The notes beneath the pieces are model-generated. The model had not been told where the DNA came from, did no database searches, and was given only the letters and a program-made list of their open reading frames with translations. A program made the translations under genes and the position numbers. Positions 26,250-29,539 of a DNA stretch of 29,539 nucleotides are shown here, in pieces; the stretch's first letter is position 1, and every line of letters starts with the position of its first letter. This DNA comes from a virus (taxonomy: Duplodnaviria > Heunggongvirae > Uroviricota > Caudoviricetes): positions 1 to 29,539 of the IMG/VR virus record IMGVR_UViG_2554235125_000005; one strand, given 5' to 3'.

Positions 26250-26759
26250 TCATACCAAACCAAATGTTGCGCCGATGCCGGTCATGGTATCAACCACGCT
26301 CGACATTGCCGGATTAGCCTGTAGACGCGCCTGTAACGCCAGCGCCGACAGAGACAACATGCGGATGCCTGCATTAACACTCTCAACCATGCTGTGTTTG
26401 CGGTCAGAGGTCATACGTTCATTTGATACCGCACCGCTCGCCAGTTCGCCGAGTTCACTCATTGCGCGCATCACATAAGACTGCAATTTCTCTTTAGCCA
26501 GCTCATTAACCGGCACGCATGGCAGACAATGTATCTGCGCCAGAAAGCCATCAACGAGGGTTGAGTCTTCGGTCAGGTCAGTCAGCAGCCACAATTCAGG
26601 CGGTGTGAATTGGTGAGGCTGTTCCGGGTTGAGCTTGTTACGTAACGTTTGAACATTCATACCCGCACGCTCGGCCAGCTTCGCCATGTTGTGACGCTGC
26701 GCAAAAGCCCGGCACGCTTCGTCATAGTGAGGATGTTTGGAAATCTGAAAATCAAACAT
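26250..26759 (-). CDS. cII: CII-type lysogeny establishment regulator (186 CII-like)
   Basis: Start refined to MFDFQISKHPHYDEACRAFAQRHNMAKLAERAGMNVQTLRNKL (169 aa) with GAGGGA Shine-Dalgarno. Resembles 186 CII in length and helix-turn-helix region, from memory. Confidence 0.75.
   Translation of the reverse strand: MFDFQISKHPHYDEACRAFAQRHNMAKLAERAGMNVQTLRNKLNPEQPHQFTPPELWLLTDLTEDSTLVDGFLAQIHCLPCVPVNELAKEKLQSYVMRAMSELGELASGAVSNERMTSDRKHSMVESVNAGIRMLSLSALALQARLQANPAMSSVVDTMTGIGATFGLV
26733..26759. promoter_or_regulatory. Candidate CII operator of an establishment promoter
   Basis: Perfect inverted heptamers ATGTTTG and CAAACAT with centres 20 bp apart, the geometry I recall for 186 CII half-sites. 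CATAAT lies about 25 bp to the right on the plus strand. Confidence 0.45.
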
Positions 26760-26791
26760 GGTTAAATTCCCTCTAACTTGCATAATCAAAT

Positions 26792-27163
26792 TCAGTTAAG
26801 AGCGATACGGTGGTCGATGTAGCGACAATCAATCGCTTGCTGGGTTAGTTTGTCGCGCCATGCTTTCACGTTTACGAGGGTGCGGCTTCGTTTTCCAGCC
26901 TCTTCCTTGTTGGAAAAGTCTTTAGTTGGAGCTTTGAGGAGGATTCCCTCATCAAGCCATTGCCAGACCAGACGCTCGCTTACACCGCGAGTGGCGGCAA
27001 AGTCTTTCACTGTCATTGTGTCTGACATAGCGGAGCGGATCATTGTCTGCAGAGCTGGCAGCATAGCGGTAACGATGGCATCAAACTGAGCCGGATCTAA
27101 CAGCACAGTTTGATTTTGTGAGTTTTGCGAATCATGCGTCGAGATTGATTTTGCATCTGACAT
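26792..27163 (-). CDS. Apl/Cox-like helix-turn-helix protein (excisionase / lytic-switch regulator candidate)
   Basis: 123-aa ORF, first gene of the early lytic operon, divergent from the repressor gene. AGGAGA Shine-Dalgarno. HTH-like VKDFAATRGVSERLVWQWLDEG. Longer than remembered Apl/Cox; the N-terminus is low-complexity. Confidence 0.5.
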   Translation of the reverse strand: MSDAKSISTHDSQNSQNQTVLLDPAQFDAIVTAMLPALQTMIRSAMSDTMTVKDFAATRGVSERLVWQWLDEGILLKAPTKDFSNKEEAGKRSRTLVNVKAWRDKLTQQAIDCRYIDHRIALN

Positions 27164-27240
27164 ATCGCATTATCTCCTGTTGATTGTAGTGAACTGCATT
27201 GATGTGCATCGTGGTTGATAATCATCACTTTAGTTCGCGA

Positions 27241-27270
27241 AATTTAATTTTGCAATGGCAAAAATTAATT
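27241..27270. promoter_or_regulatory. Candidate repressor operator overlapping a leftward early promoter
   Basis: Near-perfect AT-rich palindrome AATTTAATTTTGC-aatg-GCAAAAATTAATT just upstream of the repressor start. On the minus strand TTGCAA-17 nt-TAAAGT could be the early promoter. Confidence 0.35.
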
Positions 27271-27283
27271 TTGGTGGCAATAC

Positions 27284-28120
27284 ATGGCTAAATTTGGAGA
27301 TGGTGCGGCTCCGGCTATCGAAAGAATCCTTTCGGCTTATGGACTTAGCTCGCAAAAAGAACTTGGCGAAAAACTTGGTATTTATGCCAACAACATAAGC
27401 AGTTGGCTTGCCAGAGATAGCGTTCCGGGCAATGTATTTGTTGAATGTGCTATTGAAACGGGCGCAGATATCGGATGGTTAGTGACAGGGGAGCTTGCAA
27501 AAGCAAACTCTCCACGTGCGACCCTGAAGGGCAAAGAGCTTTATGAAAAGGTCATGGCTTCAGGTGGTAAACCTGTTCTGAGACGCATCCTTGATGCTTA
27601 CGGTTTTTCTATGCAAAAGGAGCTGGGTGATTTACTCGGTATATCATCTGGAACAATTAGCACATGGGTTCGGCGTGATTTTTTCCCAGGTGATGTAGTT
27701 GTTACTTGTGCTCTTGATACTGGTGTTTCGCTGGAATGGTTAGCAACCGGCAAGGGGCAAATGCGAACTAACAGAGAAATGGTCACATCAAGTTTTTCAA
27801 TTAAAAAATTTCGCCTTGAAGCGGGTGAGCTTAAGGACGCTGGCGAATGGCATCCAGACCCCTCGATGATACCCTCTGACTCAGAGGAGTTGATTTTTGT
27901 TGAAGGTGTTGGAGCCTCTTGGCTTGTCAACCGTTCTGCTTCGAACATAAGTAATGGGCGTTGGTTAATTGATATTGACGGCGCTCTTGATGTTTTTGAT
28001 GTAATTCGTCTTCCCGGCGGAAAAGTCAGGTTGTCAAATAAGTCTGCTGAGTTTGAATGCAGCATTACAGATATCACACCAGTAGGTGCTGTAATTTTCA
28101 CATTGGAAAAACACGTATAA
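27284..28120 (+). CDS. Immunity repressor, 186 CI-like, with tandemly duplicated N-terminal DNA-binding domain
   Basis: 278 aa. Two homologous about 60-aa segments (residues about 10-70 and 97-160, pattern I.RIL.AYG.S.QKELG..LGI....IS.W..RD..PG.V.V.CA..TG....WL.TG) followed by a C-terminal domain. No GDSM-type peptidase motif seen. Confidence 0.7.
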   Translation: MAKFGDGAAPAIERILSAYGLSSQKELGEKLGIYANNISSWLARDSVPGNVFVECAIETGADIGWLVTGELAKANSPRATLKGKELYEKVMASGGKPVLRRILDAYGFSMQKELGDLLGISSGTISTWVRRDFFPGDVVVTCALDTGVSLEWLATGKGQMRTNREMVTSSFSIKKFRLEAGELKDAGEWHPDPSMIPSDSEELIFVEGVGASWLVNRSASNISNGRWLIDIDGALDVFDVIRLPGGKVRLSNKSAEFECSITDITPVGAVIFTLEKHV

Positions 28121-28128
28121 GGGACATT

Positions 28129-28467
28129 ATGAAACGTAAGCTTTTTTTAGCTTTATTTCTTTCACTTTCTTTCGGTGCATCAGCCGCTGAAAAAACACAG
28201 GATTTAGACGGTGCTAAGTTTGGTGATGATTGGCCGTTAACTTTTGAAAAAGCTACGGTGTCTTGTGTTAATGGTAGATATGCCTTTGTGTACGACAAAG
28301 CAACAGATGACCGATACCCATTAAATGGGTTTGCTATTGATGGTGTAAAGTCTGGAAAGCTTGAGGGGAGCGATATTGATACTGTTTGGAAAGATAGCCC
28401 GGATTATGAAGGAGTAAAAATTCCTTTGGATCCCGTAATGGATGCTGCGACAGCACTTTGCGAATGA
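28129..28467 (+). CDS. Secreted/periplasmic protein of unknown function (lysogenic conversion candidate)
   Basis: Start refined to MKRKLFLALFLSLSFGASAAEK (112 aa): typical Sec signal peptide with AXA site, two Cys in the mature part, AAGGGA Shine-Dalgarno. Lies between repressor and integrase on the same strand. Confidence 0.55.
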   Translation: MKRKLFLALFLSLSFGASAAEKTQDLDGAKFGDDWPLTFEKATVSCVNGRYAFVYDKATDDRYPLNGFAIDGVKSGKLEGSDIDTVWKDSPDYEGVKIPLDPVMDAATALCE

Positions 28468-28489
28468 TAAGAGTTGCCTCGGTGACATT

Positions 28490-29539
28490 ATGACTATAAG
28501 TAAGCAAAAAAATGGCAAATGGTTATGTGAGCTTTATCCTAATGGGCGAGAAGGGCGGCGAATACGTCGGCAATTCAATACCAAAGGTGAGGCCGAGGCA
28601 TTCGAAGCATTTACGAAAAGCGAGAGTGAAGATAAGCCGTGGCTCGGCAAGAAAGAAGACCGCCGACGCTTAAGTGAGATTATCCAGCTTTGGCATAATT
28701 TACATGGACAGGCGTTGGTCGCCAGTAAGTCGCGGTTAGCTAAGCTTCAAATTGTATGTAACGGGTTGGGCGACCCTATTGCATCTCGTCTTACCGCTAA
28801 AGATTGGGCTCATTACCGTGACCGTCGATTACGTGGCGAAATAGACAACGGCTATCACAAAGACCCGGCGAAATGGATCGCCAAACCTATAACTGTCAAT
28901 CGCGAACAGCAATACCTCGAAGCTGTGTTCAATGAACTGCGGCGATTAGGTGAATGGGGTTTACCCAATCCACTGGACGGGATTCGCGTATTCAAAGAAG
29001 CTGAGAAAGAAATGTCCTGGCTAACTTTGTCTCAGCTCCCGGAGCTGTTCCGAGCCTGTGAACAATATGGCAAAGAAAATCTTACTATGATTGTTAAGGT
29101 GTGTCTGGCTACTGGTGCACGATGGGGAGAAGCTGAGAGACTTACACGTCCCCAACTTTCCCCCTGCAAGCTGACTTTCACCAAAACCAAAGGTAAGAAG
29201 AATCGCACGGTTCCGATTCCTAAATGGCTGTATGACGAGTTGTCCGAACGTCAGGGAAGAATGTTCAAGCCCTGCTATCAGGACTTTAAGAAGATGCTCA
29301 AACTTACAAACATTGAATTGACTGAAGGGCAGAAAACGCACGTTTTACGTCACACCTTTGGTGCGCATTTTATGATGAATGGCGGCAATATCCTTGTACT
29401 CCAGAAGATACTCGGTCACGCAAATATTCGTGAAACAATGAAGTATGCGCACTTTGCTCCTGACCATCTTGAACAAGCTGTCACCTTGAATCCGTTGTCA
29501 CTGTGTATTGGCGACAACGTGGCGGCAGAGGTTGCGTAA
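28490..29539 (+). CDS. int: Tyrosine integrase (P2/186 family)
   Basis: Start refined to MTISKQKNGKWLCELYPNG (349 aa). Catalytic-domain motifs ATGARWGEAE, HVLRHTF and MKYAHF. Stop codon at 29537-29539, so attL should lie just beyond the window. Confidence 0.9.
   Translation: MTISKQKNGKWLCELYPNGREGRRIRRQFNTKGEAEAFEAFTKSESEDKPWLGKKEDRRRLSEIIQLWHNLHGQALVASKSRLAKLQIVCNGLGDPIASRLTAKDWAHYRDRRLRGEIDNGYHKDPAKWIAKPITVNREQQYLEAVFNELRRLGEWGLPNPLDGIRVFKEAEKEMSWLTLSQLPELFRACEQYGKENLTMIVKVCLATGARWGEAERLTRPQLSPCKLTFTKTKGKKNRTVPIPKWLYDELSERQGRMFKPCYQDFKKMLKLTNIELTEGQKTHVLRHTFGAHFMMNGGNILVLQKILGHANIRETMKYAHFAPDHLEQAVTLNPLSLCIGDNVAAEVA

Noticed and set aside
27284-28120. LexA-like S24 autopeptidase domain in the repressor C-terminus
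   Set aside because: Some faint resemblance in the last 40 residues, but no GDSM-type serine motif and no Ala-Gly/Cys-Gly cleavage site recognised.
1-29539. CRISPR arrays, insertion sequences, transposases, rRNA or tRNA genes
   Set aside because: No regularly spaced direct repeats, no terminal inverted repeats flanking a transposase-like ORF, and no structured RNA genes recognised in either strand.

Overview
This window is a near-complete P2/186-like temperate myophage genome in prophage gene order; both att sites lie outside it. Minus strand, left to right: tail genes D, U, T, E/E', FII, FI, tail-fibre assembly G, tail fibre H, baseplate I, J, W, V; then S, R, spanins, endolysin K, holin Y, X, L, terminase small subunit M, capsid N and scaffold O. 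Plus strand: terminase ATPase P and portal Q. Then come a cos-type 19-mer, a LexA-box-controlled small operon with a DinI-like ORF, replication initiator A, small early genes, a 186-type switch (CII, Apl-like, divergent CI-like repressor), a secreted protein and the integrase, whose stop codon is the last base of the window. Three cargo loci stand out against the GC-rich backbone: an AT-rich two-gene cassette between V and S (10.7-11.7 kb), an AT-rich P-loop ATPase gene between Q and cos (20.5-21.7 kb), and the secreted-protein gene inside the repressor-integrase operon. The two-gene cassette is the best candidate for an undescribed system. All identifications rest on reading the translated ORFs and remembered family features; no database search was run. 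Coordinates come from the ORF track where possible. Starts I refined and motifs I located by eye may be off by 1-2 nt, because my position count disagreed with the track by 1 nt near 1650.
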